DNA from: Cyanidioschyzon merolae
Lineage: Eukaryota
Assembly (NCBI GenBank): GCA_000091205.1
Contig: AP006485.2
Length of the DNA stretch: 64,000 nucleotides
Reading direction: 5' to 3' (one strand)
A program made the translations under genes and the position numbers. The notes beneath the pieces were generated by a model. The model worked only from the letters and a program-made list of their open reading frames with translations. It was not told where the DNA came from and made no database searches. Below, piece after piece: positions 32,912 to 44,333 of the stretch (positions are counted from its first letter, which is position 1; each line of letters starts with the position of its first letter).

Positions 32912-33515
32912 GCCAAGCGTTTAGAGGACTTTGCTTCTTTCGTTTTGAGTGCTACGAACCACGACCCCGTGACTTGGGTGTTTTTATTCAAGTGGTAAAG
33001 CGCACTGCTACACAAACTCGTGCTCCACACTGGAACTCGGTGTGTACAACGCTACACAAGTACGTGGGGTGTTCTGGCTGCTTTCCGGTAACAGAGCGGT
33101 GCGCGTCGTTTGCGCAACCAATTTTGTAGCGCAGAAAGTACTATCTGGAACACACGACACAAGTGCTCGGGTACACACACACCAAAGACGTACACGCAAC
33201 GAGCGCCAACGTGCTCGCAACACCACACAAACTGGTCGCTGGACTGCAGGCTCCGTGGCGTTCACAAGGTGCCTCGCGCCGCACCACACAAGGCACGCGC
33301 CGCATCGCTCGGGGTCGATCGCGAACACACCCGTGTGTCCCTTTTAGGTATGTTTATACCTACCAACTGCGCAGCGCCCACTGCAGCATGTCGCCTCGTC
33401 CATCGTTCCGTTCAGCGAAGCGTACGCAAATCCTGCTTGCTTTCGTCGTCAGCTGACCTCTTGACGTAATCTTGATTCTGGCCCGGCTATTCATTGGGTA
33501 CTGTCTTGTATTGGA

Positions 33516-36500
33516 ATGCGGACATATGTGAGGCGTTCGTTTGTGGCGGTGCAGCTTGCGCTTGGCTACTTTCTGACGACGCTGATGGTCGTGATCAACC
33601 CAACCCGGGTCTACATGGCGTGCTGGGCGCCAATTCAATTCGCACTATTGGCCGGTGTTGTCAGTGAGTTTGAATATGTGGGATCACTGCAGCAGGCGGC
33701 AAGCGCGGCTATCGTTGGTCCCTCGTTCGGGGCGACGCTGGCACTCATTATTCAGCTTGCTGCAGGGCACTTGCTTTGGCTTCGCATCATACTCAATGTG
33801 GTGTTTATGGCAATACTGGTGGCGCCTCGGCTCTGTCCTCCCGCCGTAGGCTCTGTGAGCCTTTCACTGATTGCGTTTGGCGTTGTGGAAAACTATTTGC
33901 AGCTGAGCCTGGACTCAGGACCCGGACACCACGCCTTCATGTACTCGCACTACATCCTTTCAACCTGCTTTGCAGCCTTTGTGGGATTTTTTGTTGCTTT
34001 GCTTGTGTTTCCTGTGTCCGTACGTAGCCTTTTTCATGACAGCGTCGAAAACGTGCTACGCGAGAGTGCTAAGCGCCTGAGTCGTTTGGCGTCGCTTCTC
34101 CTGGCTGATGTGTTCCAGGCGACTCAGATCGAGAATGAGTTGCAGGAGCGGCAGAAGGAACAGATCGCCAACACCTTCGATGGATACCATTCAGCCTCGC
34201 CACGAACCTCAGTGGAAATAATAATGGAGCAGCGCTTGTCTTCGTATGCTCGTATGGAGACGCTGGGCCGCAGTGAGTCGTCATTCAGTGCGGAGGCGAC
34301 GATTTTTGGCTTCGCGGAAGAGTCCGCGTTACTACAAGGAGGCTCGCTCTATCTCCATGGGAGCCTAGTGGCGTTGCAGCGATTGTTACCGCTAGGCGCC
34401 AACGAGCTCACGTACCCGGCACTCTTTTATCATGCGCCGATAACGGACTGGTCGAAAATCATCTACAAGTCACGAGACCTGGTCGCACGTATCGGCGGAC
34501 TCGAGAGCGTTATTCTGCATCGCCGTGGTACCGAGTACCGCGCGGTAGCGATGCACAGACTGTATCGAAGTGCCCTTGCAGATGTAACCAGATTATGGGC
34601 AAGGCTTGCGAGTGCATGCAATTTGCTCGGCTTGCTCGTTCGAGAGAAGGAGGTGCGTTGGTTCCACTGGCCGGAAAACTCACCCCATGCCCTTACGATA
34701 TTTCGCAACGAGAAGATTCGAAAGTACCTCGATGAGGTCATTGACGAGAAAGAAATCGAGGCGCTCTGGCGGCGCGTCACAGAGAGTGGCCTCAGTGGCT
34801 ATCAGGAGTTTTGGCGTGATATGGCGATTGCAACACACGTCGAGGACTTTAACCGCGAAGTCGATGTGACCAAGCTCGTCCGCGTCTCGGCGATTGTGCC
34901 CGTCGAGTCGGTACGTGTTGCCTGGTTCAGCACCGTGCTAGTGCATCGGGTTCTCGACTCTGTCTACGAGTTGCGCGAATCCGTGTATCAGTTATTGGAA
35001 CGACAGGCGCCGATGAGCCGGCAATCGTCGCCCTGGTGGCACTGGGCGCTGAACCGTCTCCGAGATGCCAGTTGGAATGTGTTTATGGCGGTCACGTTCT
35101 CGACTCGTGCGATGTATAGTTTCTGGAGCGACGTCCTCCGTAATGTGCTGCAGTACCGCGCTGCGGACTATCGACGGTTCTGGAAAAATAATCAATGGCA
35201 ACTCATATTTCTCATCAAGTACTATATTATCAGCACTGCTGCGATCATTACTGTGGTTTGTATTCCGGCGTCGTCGAATATTCGACAACAATGGGAGCCG
35301 ATTCTCGGGTACCTGTCGGTGGTGGTGTCCGCTCGACCGACAACGGAATCGGCTGTGAGTGTGGCGCTCTCCCGAGCAGCCGGGGGCATCGTTGGTGCGG
35401 CTCTCGGCTACCTGGTGCTGGTGAAACCCGCCCTAGCTGTGAACGCTTTTTTTGTGGATGGTATTACGGTTGCGATTGTTTTCGTCATGTTTTACTGCAA
35501 CCTTGTCGATTCCATGAAATGGCTACAGTACACAGCTGGCATTGCTATTTTCATCTTCACCGTGGTCTGCATGTGCCAGTACAGTGCGCCGGTCGATCAC
35601 GCTGTCTGGCAAGCCGCTGTAGGCGCAATGGTATGCACTGCGATAGGGGTTGGCGTGATCATCCTGTTCACAACGGCCCTGTCACCTCGTATGGCGAGTC
35701 GTGAATCACGCCGCACCCTTCTCCGCGGATTTGCTGCCAGCGTCGACGGTGCGATTGCATGCTGGGAGGAGAACCTCCGTCGCCACAACTGCGACGAGTT
35801 TCTGGATCGCTTTCATCAGGCGCTCCATAATATCGAGGCAGCGCCAGCCAATCCGGCCGTTGAAACGACCACCGAAGAACGAGACAAGGAGGCGGAGGAG
35901 GTGCAAAACGTGCGTGTACACGCACACCCGTGGCAAGAGACCATGGCTATCAACAAGCACATTGAGGCGCTGGCGACAAGTGTAGCGATATTGAGCAACG
36001 CCCTGTCACCGAGTTTCGGCGGCGTGAATCAGTTCGCCTTGTGGAAAAGAGGCTTCTTTCGACCACCACAGTTTATCGTTGACGGGAACGTTGCGCTTTG
36101 TGTTGTGCTGCTACGACTGGAGGTGCTCAATAGTATAGTGAACCGTCCACCCATTTACGGTGTGCGCTTCTCTGGGGCGATGTATCGCCTTTTCCTGCTG
36201 GCACTCGAGCCTGAATTCAGTGCAATTTTCCGCTCGTTGATTGAGCTCACAGACGCCCTGCGAGGATGCCTCGAATCTCGCGGTATTCTGGAGGATCTCT
36301 TCGGATCCGCCGAAGCGCTGCATAGTGATGCAATGCGCCGTTTCGAGAACCGGAAATGGCTTTTGCAGCTGTGCCTTTCGCGAAAACGAGCCGCTCAAAT
36401 GCAATCCAAGCTGAACGCTTACGAAGGGAATGGCGTCGAAGTTGCCGACGGAGGTCAGGGCTTCTGCATCATGGAGCCCAGTGTGGGTTTGGCACTGCTC

Positions 36501-37262
36501 AACTTTCGTCGACGACGCGCAGAGCTCTGGTTCCGAATGCGGCGTCGGGCGCTCCAGATTGTGCACTACATTCGTGATCGTTATCCCGAGCTCGAAAGTC
36601 GACTGGCAGCTCATATTGCAAAAATGGCGCTAGACGAGAGTAGCAGCGCATCGTTCGCTGAGATCTACGAACAACTCCTCGAAAACGAGGACTTGGACCG
36701 GGGTCCGCAGCTTGCCGCTGTGTTTCCGCTCCTTCGCCGCCTCATGCAGTTACGGAATCCGCACTATCACCGCCACGTGCGCACTCGGGAACCGAGGCTG
36801 TCGATTGCGAGGGAGGCACAATCCGCGAGTGAAGAGCTTTTACGGAGCTCGCTACAAGAGGATGACCGCCGCAGCACCTCGCCGCGAGGGAGCACGTCGC
36901 CATCCAGAGCGTCTTTCGCCCATGCAAGTGAATCCGTGGCAGCGGAGGAGGCACGCAGCTGCGCACCGGACGCAGAATTCGCGCAAACAGTGGACCATGA
37001 ACTGGAGAAAGAGTTGATCATTCTCAACTTTCGGCAGGTCGTCGAGACAAAACTGCTGCGCAGTGCGGATGCGTCCGCCAGCACTGCGACGCTGCCGATT
37101 GCGGGCGTCCCCATCGATGACTTTGTGCACTTCTCGACCTTCATGTACGGGCTGCGGGAACTTTTTGGGAGCATTGATTACGCTGCTCGAGCCATTGGGT
37201 CCTGGACCAGACCGCATCATGCAGAAAAGCTGTCGTTGAAACGTGGAAGGCCTTTTTATTGA
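33516..37262 (+). CDS. Large (1248-aa) integral membrane protein with two separated TM clusters, resembling FUSC/ArAE (aromatic-acid exporter, ALMT-like) architecture.
   Basis: One hydrophobic cluster is at aa ~10-170 and a second at aa ~560-720. Each is followed by a long soluble charged region. Uninterrupted ORF. The family call is based on architecture only. Confidence 0.3.
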   Translation: MRTYVRRSFVAVQLALGYFLTTLMVVINPTRVYMACWAPIQFALLAGVVSEFEYVGSLQQAASAAIVGPSFGATLALIIQLAAGHLLWLRIILNVVFMAILVAPRLCPPAVGSVSLSLIAFGVVENYLQLSLDSGPGHHAFMYSHYILSTCFAAFVGFFVALLVFPVSVRSLFHDSVENVLRESAKRLSRLASLLLADVFQATQIENELQERQKEQIANTFDGYHSASPRTSVEIIMEQRLSSYARMETLGRSESSFSAEATIFGFAEESALLQGGSLYLHGSLVALQRLLPLGANELTYPALFYHAPITDWSKIIYKSRDLVARIGGLESVILHRRGTEYRAVAMHRLYRSALADVTRLWARLASACNLLGLLVREKEVRWFHWPENSPHALTIFRNEKIRKYLDEVIDEKEIEALWRRVTESGLSGYQEFWRDMAIATHVEDFNREVDVTKLVRVSAIVPVESVRVAWFSTVLVHRVLDSVYELRESVYQLLERQAPMSRQSSPWWHWALNRLRDASWNVFMAVTFSTRAMYSFWSDVLRNVLQYRAADYRRFWKNNQWQLIFLIKYYIISTAAIITVVCIPASSNIRQQWEPILGYLSVVVSARPTTESAVSVALSRAAGGIVGAALGYLVLVKPALAVNAFFVDGITVAIVFVMFYCNLVDSMKWLQYTAGIAIFIFTVVCMCQYSAPVDHAVWQAAVGAMVCTAIGVGVIILFTTALSPRMASRESRRTLLRGFAASVDGAIACWEENLRRHNCDEFLDRFHQALHNIEAAPANPAVETTTEERDKEAEEVQNVRVHAHPWQETMAINKHIEALATSVAILSNALSPSFGGVNQFALWKRGFFRPPQFIVDGNVALCVVLLRLEVLNSIVNRPPIYGVRFSGAMYRLFLLALEPEFSAIFRSLIELTDALRGCLESRGILEDLFGSAEALHSDAMRRFENRKWLLQLCLSRKRAAQMQSKLNAYEGNGVEVADGGQGFCIMEPSVGLALLNFRRRRAELWFRMRRRALQIVHYIRDRYPELESRLAAHIAKMALDESSSASFAEIYEQLLENEDLDRGPQLAAVFPLLRRLMQLRNPHYHRHVRTREPRLSIAREAQSASEELLRSSLQEDDRRSTSPRGSTSPSRASFAHASESVAAEEARSCAPDAEFAQTVDHELEKELIILNFRQVVETKLLRSADASASTATLPIAGVPIDDFVHFSTFMYGLRELFGSIDYAARAIGSWTRPHHAEKLSLKRGRPFY

Positions 37263-38830
37263 GCGCATCGCGGCTGCGCATTTTGACGTGTCATCGTGGA
37301 TGAGACGTAGAAAGAGGCGGCGAGGGAGTCGCTTCTATTCCTTGCGCTATTCTCTGGTACAGAGAACTGCTTACTTGAACCTAAAAAGTACACGAAGATG
37401 ATGACGGAAGCATCGGTTTTGCAAAATATGGCTTGTACGCAGAGCAGTGCGTGCTCGAACACCCGTACCAGCACGCCGTTGTTGTTTCTAGTTGTTTTTC
37501 CCACTGGTATTCAACAGAACGAATATGGCCCATGGGTTGGGGAAACATCGAGGTAGGGGCTTTACCCTGTCCCTGATTTGTCATGAGCGAAACGCCAAGT
37601 TGGCCATTGTACGTTCAGCAAGTGGATGAACCGTCCTACACCTCGTCCTTGTGCTGAATATCATGCACTTGATCCAGAGCTTGTCGGGATTCATCTTCAA
37701 CATTGCCTTGTCGTGAATCCATGCAGCTCCACACGTTCTGGGGCAAAGCTCACAAAAAGACAGGGAATCTGTGGAATCTTCGCACCGCTCATATAAATCG
37801 TGATGGAGCGACGCGAATGGACAACAAGAAAAAAACGCCCCTACGGGAGAACGTCGAGTGTTTAACAGCATACTCCCGGTTGCGCACTCGAACGTAAACG
37901 CTCATTCCAGGATGCAAAGATATTCCTCTCAATAGATCAGACCGTATTCGGGAGTATTGGTCCACCCGGCTGTGGCTACTCAAACAGAGCTCATTTGCTG
38001 TTCGTAGATACTTGACAAGCTGGCATGCCGACAACACAAGCCCTAGCAGCAATACGATCGTGCCGTCGCCGGGATACCGCCAGGTGGACAGGGTAGGTTC
38101 GTACGGTATCCTTGAGAGAAACAAGTTGTGACTTCTCCTTCCCCCAAATTCTCTCGCATGCTGGTTGACTACGTCGCTTGCCATGAGGCAAGGGCGGTCC
38201 AGGAGTGTGCGGCTGAGACTGGCGGGATGCAAATCTTCGTGCGAAACTAGGCTCCCTGGTTCAGTCCAGTCGAAGGCGTCTGCTCAGTAGTCAGCCATGA
38301 AATATAGGCTCACGAATCTATATACGAATCGTGCTCGATCTTTACCGACGCTGGACTGCTCTGTCGCACCAGTCCTCGTGTGCCGTTGATTCCGAAAAGG
38401 CACACCTGGTTCATAGACACGCTCACAATCGTAGAGATAATGAGAATGCAGTAAAGGAATAGTGCATCCATAAATGCAGAGGGCGAGCTTCAGTCACAAG
38501 TAGTAACCAGTGCATAGGAGTCCCGCGGAGAAATCGAGAATGGAGTATAGTGACGACATATTTGCCAGCCCACGCTGGAAAGGTAAAGGCAGAGATGGCG
38601 CTTGTGGCGGTGAGAAGCTCCAAAGCATTTGAACAACGCGACGAGGAGCAATGGGGCACCTCATCCCAAGCCGCTGTTTTTCCGGGCGAGAGTGGATCAT
38701 CAGTTTCAGAATCAGTACAGATCGACGGCATACGCTTCTGCGTGCTTTTTGTGAAACCCAGACCTGCTTCGAGCAGCGACACTCATTTTCAAACATTCGC
38801 GCTAGATCAAGAGAAAGACTTGATGGTGTC

Positions 38831-38856
38831 TGTGTCTGTGTGTGTGTGTGTGTGTC
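38831..38856. repeat. (TG)n dinucleotide microsatellite.
   Basis: tgtgtctgtgtgtgtgtgtgtgtgtc. Confidence 0.85.
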
Positions 38857-41003
38857 GATCCCCGGTTGCCGGACGTCATGGATATCGCGACACCTGCAAA
38901 TCAAGCGGATGCAGCCATTGAGCGGTAAGGAAAGCGCGCGAAGCTGCTCAAGTTTTCCAGCACCCGTTATCACCGACATTCGGGTATATCAGACGCCAAC
39001 AGGCATGCCAGTGCGCTCAACGACAGCATCAGAATCCATGGCGGTGCACTGAGAACCGTATCGATGAGCCCAGGATACCTCGCAAAAGCTCGGTTTCAGC
39101 GAAAGCTCACGAGCGTCCCCCGGTCGCATGGAGTCAATCTTTGGCAAGAGTGCGTGGCAGACTTTTGTCGGAATCGCCAACGACCTCCGTTGTACGTAGG
39201 CAAGAATCGTTCCTGCGCTAACGCGTTCAATGAGTCTCAAAATGAACTGTGCAAAGCATCGTGTCGTTTGGGGATTCTCTCGGGCGATAGACGTGCTGGA
39301 GCGCGCACTAGCTGCACTCCTGCTTATTCAAACAGAGCTTTCCATGAAACAGGAATCGACTTTGTCTGACGCCCGTTGATGCTCTAAAGACAACATACAC
39401 CAAAGAGAAACGCGTTGTCCGCTGGAACTCGTAATGAAGAAGCGCGTGCACAAGACGGTGTGCAATATACACTTCGAGTGTCAGATATCGAGACAGTTCA
39501 AGGTCCGAAGCATTTCGTCGTGAGAGGCTACCAGCATCCATGAGAACGTGCACTTTCTGAACTGAACCATCAAAACCTCGCTCCAGGTCAGCAACGTTTG
39601 TCGTGCTTCCGCCGGGTCCAAGGCCTATGTTTCGAACGGAGATTCGAGGGAATTCTAGGCCAGTCAGCTTATGTATTGTGCTGCGACGCTGAGGATTTCG
39701 ATGAAGAAAAACCAGTAGCCAGGAGAGACGGCAGGGTATGCTCGCCCGCACCAAGGCACTGGTTTGATACAGTTCAGCAGTCCACAAAGCCTGGTGCACC
39801 ATGTTTAACCATTCAATGGGAGCGACTCCCCCGTTCGGCTATTCAGCAACGATCATGCAGTTCCATAACTCGATATGACTGAGTGTACGTGATAAGCGAC
39901 GTCAACGCTGTCACGGATGCTTCGTACTCCTAGCACCTCGATACCACTGCTGTTCAGCCCAAAACCCGAGCGTCCACGGATCCGCTGACTCGCCAGACAT
40001 CGAGTGAGCACAGTTCGGATTATAGTGAGTTGCCCTCAACGATTTCAGATCGCGCTTGTGTAACCTAGTGTGTCTCCCGGGGGCCCGTCCTGGCCCTATG
40101 CACCCCCAGCTGGTACACGAAGGCCTGCCACCAGCGTCGACCAAAGCGTTAGAGGAATCCGGCGTTGAGCGCGACCTCCGAACGCAGAGCGCTCCCGTCG
40201 CAGGTGAAGCCCCTTGATGCAGCTCCACGGAAAACTAGAAATGCTGGAGCGCTCCATGATCGGTGTACCTTAAGGACACCCTCATCCTATATCGACCAGC
40301 ACGTGGAGCCGGACGCGGTCATGCACCGCTGTAGGCTTTGACGCTGCGCGGTCGGTAACGCTGCTCGATGGGCGATGTGCTTGAGAGGCGCACCTCATGA
40401 CTGCTTGGTTGTGGCGACAACGACGATACAGCCTTGAGGTCATGCGACATTGACAGCTGCGCGCTGGTCAAACGAACAGGCATACATGTGTCGCTTGTTT
40501 GAGACGATTGTTCGTCCTAGTTGCGCACGATGTTCATAGAGCTGACGGATGCGTAGAACAACGAGAACGTCATCGAGCACTCGAATGCAACGAGGCATGG
40601 TTACCCTCTTCATCCAGTATCCAAGTGCTGGCAGGCGGCCCCAGGTGTCTGGTTTCTCAAGTGGTGTTCGCGCTCCTCGCATTGTCCAAAAAGATCCACA
40701 CGCGCCTCGTTGACGTTTCGATTTACCGCGATTTGGTTACTGGCTGACCATCCAGTCGATGCTCGTGAATTTATTGTCTGGGAAACTTGGCATTCATCAG
40801 GCGTAAAGAGCGAACACCTCGCGATGGAGTGAAGCACACGCGCGCGAAGCAAAGACTCGAAGATGCAAGCGCGTTGGAATGTAACGCTGCAAACCAGTCG
40901 AGCTTCCTCGCTCCGTCCGAGCACTGCTCTAGCTCGTTCCGCAAACAGGAAAATGCATGCACTCGTAGCGCTATCAGTGCCCATTTCCGTTCCAGAAAGA
41001 ACC

Positions 41004-42827
41004 TCACTTTCCGTCTGAGACTTTCTCCCGCATCGTTACGAGTTCCTCGGCGCTCGTCGGATGCACACCAATCACATTATCGAAATCTGCTTTGGTGGCG
41101 CCCATCTTGAGCGCAATCGCTACCGACTGGATGATTTCCGGAGCGGCGTCATCGACCAGGTGGCAGCCAAGCACGCGTTGCGTCCGACGATCAACCACAA
41201 GTTTCATGAGCGTCTGGCGATCTCGCTTCGTGAGCGTATGCTTCAACGGGCGGAACATCGATCGATAGATATCGATACCCGTGCCGCCTTGTTCAGCGTC
41301 CAGCTCCCGGGCGCGCGCTTCCGTCAGGCCTACCATTCCAATAGGGGGCACGCTGAACACCGCCGTCGGCACCATGTCGTAGCCCGGTGCCCGTGCTTTG
41401 CCGCCAAAAACCGTATCCGCAAAACAGTGACCTTCGGCGATGGCTACTGGCGTCAAGTTCATTCGATTCGTGACATCGCCGACCGCATAGATCGTCTCCA
41501 CATTGGTTCGAGAGTATTCATCCACGAGAATATGCCCCCGGTGTTGATCGGTTTTAATACCTGCTCGCTCCAATCCGAGGCCCTCGGTGTTCGGGTGCCG
41601 TCCAACAGCGAGCAGCACCTGGTCAACGATCAGTGTAGAGCCGTCTGTGAGATGCGCTTTCAAAACGCGCCCTTCAGGTGCGCTCGCATCCGGAATAGCC
41701 TCCACTGCTTTCAGGTTACACCCAAAGCGCAAATCGATACCGTCTTTGCGCATCTGCTCGGCGAGAAAGTGGCGAACATCATCATCAAACCCGCGCAAGA
41801 AAAGCTTCCCCCGGTGGACCTGCGTCACCTTAGATCCGTATCCATGGAATATGCATGCAAATTCTGTGCCGATGTAGCCTCCGCCCAGGACCAAGATAGA
41901 TCGAGGAAGATGTTTCAGGTAAAAGCAGTCATCGGAATGGATGCAGAGCGCAGCACCCGGCAGATCTGCTATGAGGTTGGAGCGGCCGCCCACGGCAACG
42001 AGGATGTACTTGGCGGAAAACGTTTCGCCACTCGCAAGGCGAATCTTGTGTGCGTCGACGAACTCGGCTCGTTCGTGAAAGATGCGCACATTTGCCTTTT
42101 CCAGGATGCGTTGATACACGCCATTCAATCGCTCTATTTCTGCGTCCTTGTTGTGAATGAGTCGCTCCCAGTCGACAGGATCTAGCTCGCTTTTGGTCGG
42201 AAGATCCCAGCCATACGCACGTGCGTCTTCAAACTCGTGCAAATAATGGGACCCGTACGAGAAAAGCTTCTTCGGAATGCAGCCTACGTTCACACAGGTG
42301 CCTCCCAGCCGACTGCTCTCAGCTAGTGCTACGCGAGCGCCGTGATTCGCGGAGACTCGCGCGGCGCGAACGCCCCCAGAACCCCCGCCGATCACAAACA
42401 GATCAAAGTCGAAGCTGGTATCCGGTTGATAATGCATCGCAAGCGCTCTCTTAACCTTCGACCCGAAGCCTAAGCGCAGGTCGTCTCCAACGTGGTTGCG
42501 AACGTTTCGATGAGCGCTGAACGAGCACAGCTGCGCACCGCAAAACTTTCCCCTGTGCTTGTAGGTTCGTCCGATCGCCTCCGACAGGTAAGCAGAACAA
42601 CTTGCTTTGAAGTAACTGATCGATGGAAGTGTCGCAAAGGAGACTTCCGCTGTTCTCACAAGCCGCTGAGACGAACGCATAACGACAAGCGTTCTTCGGG
42701 GAGTGCAGGCTGGCCACGAGCGGCCGCCACACACCCACTGGACCCCGACGAGCGCATACGCATGCAACGGCGGGCGGTGGCCCGTACGAGTCTCTGGAAC
42801 CCTGCCTTCGGCGGGGCGGTGTTCCAA
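41004..42827 (-). CDS. GSR: Glutathione reductase (class-I pyridine nucleotide-disulfide oxidoreductase) with a ~120-aa N-terminal extension.
   Basis: FDLFVIGGGSGGVRAARVSANHGARVALAE ... LGGTCVNVGCIPKKLF gives the redox-active CxxxxC. The NADPH-binding GGGYIGTEFA is present, and the C-terminal HPTSAEELVTMR is glutathione-reductase-specific. The extension upstream of MHYQPDTSFDFD may be an organellar presequence or an alternative start. Confidence 0.88.
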   Translation of the reverse strand: MEHRPAEGRVPETRTGHRPPLHAYALVGVQWVCGGRSWPACTPRRTLVVMRSSQRLVRTAEVSFATLPSISYFKASCSAYLSEAIGRTYKHRGKFCGAQLCSFSAHRNVRNHVGDDLRLGFGSKVKRALAMHYQPDTSFDFDLFVIGGGSGGVRAARVSANHGARVALAESSRLGGTCVNVGCIPKKLFSYGSHYLHEFEDARAYGWDLPTKSELDPVDWERLIHNKDAEIERLNGVYQRILEKANVRIFHERAEFVDAHKIRLASGETFSAKYILVAVGGRSNLIADLPGAALCIHSDDCFYLKHLPRSILVLGGGYIGTEFACIFHGYGSKVTQVHRGKLFLRGFDDDVRHFLAEQMRKDGIDLRFGCNLKAVEAIPDASAPEGRVLKAHLTDGSTLIVDQVLLAVGRHPNTEGLGLERAGIKTDQHRGHILVDEYSRTNVETIYAVGDVTNRMNLTPVAIAEGHCFADTVFGGKARAPGYDMVPTAVFSVPPIGMVGLTEARARELDAEQGGTGIDIYRSMFRPLKHTLTKRDRQTLMKLVVDRRTQRVLGCHLVDDAAPEIIQSVAIALKMGATKADFDNVIGVHPTSAEELVTMREKVSDGK

Positions 42828-43062
42828 TCTGGAGCCTTTCTTGCAACACCGTGCGACCCGAGGAGTGGTTTACGATCGGGAAAAGCTGAGCTATGCGGTG
42901 CGAGCCGTCCGAAACAGCTCTTCTAGAACCAGGACCAGCATGTCCATACGTATGTTTAGGTAAGCGTCTAGAGCCATTTCGCGAACGCTACAACACAATA
43001 ATGTTTTGAACAGACGCACGTTCGATAACGGCATCGAAAACGAAATCGAGACGGGAATGCAA

Positions 43063-43377
43063 CTAGAAAGCAGGTCCACCTTTCGTCTTCTGGACGTCGC
43101 TGAGCTCAAAGTGCTTGCAGCGTTTCAGAACGCGCTGAACGATGCGTTTGCACTCGACGCACTGCATTTTCACAACAATCTTCTTCGTCGTCTTTGCCTT
43201 TTTGCGGAAAACAGGTTTTGTCTGCCCGCCGTAACCGCTCTGCTTTCGATCATACCGCCGTTTCCCCTGTGCGTACAATGAGTCCTTTCCCTTCTTGTAC
43301 TGGACCTGCTTGTGCAGGGTGTGCTTCTTACAAGCACCTGGACAGAAAGTCCGCCGCGACTTGGGACATATGACCAT
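43063..43377 (-). CDS. RPL36A: 60S ribosomal protein eL42 (L44e / L36a).
   Basis: [43 protein letters not shown] ... KRCKHFEL is near-identical to the eukaryotic eL42 consensus. Intronless. Confidence 0.93.
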   Translation of the reverse strand: MVICPKSRRTFCPGACKKHTLHKQVQYKKGKDSLYAQGKRRYDRKQSGYGGQTKPVFRKKAKTTKKIVVKMQCVECKRIVQRVLKRCKHFELSDVQKTKGGPAF

Positions 43378-44094
<717 letters not shown>

Positions 44095-44333
44095 AGACAC
44101 TCAGTGTTCAAAAAATTCGTGTCGGTGGACGTGGGATGTGCGGTGTACCAGCCAGGACGCCGTGGAAAGCAGCCTCGTTGCGTGTATGTGCACAAGTGCC
44201 CGTGCGCCGAGTTGCCCGCGCGTGGGCACGAAGCGCGCACCTTGCTCTGCAGCTTGCTGACCATCGCTAGCTAGTTGGTGTAAAATGCTTCGTTTGGCCT
44301 CCATTTTTTGTACATCAAGTAGGAACCCTTCGT

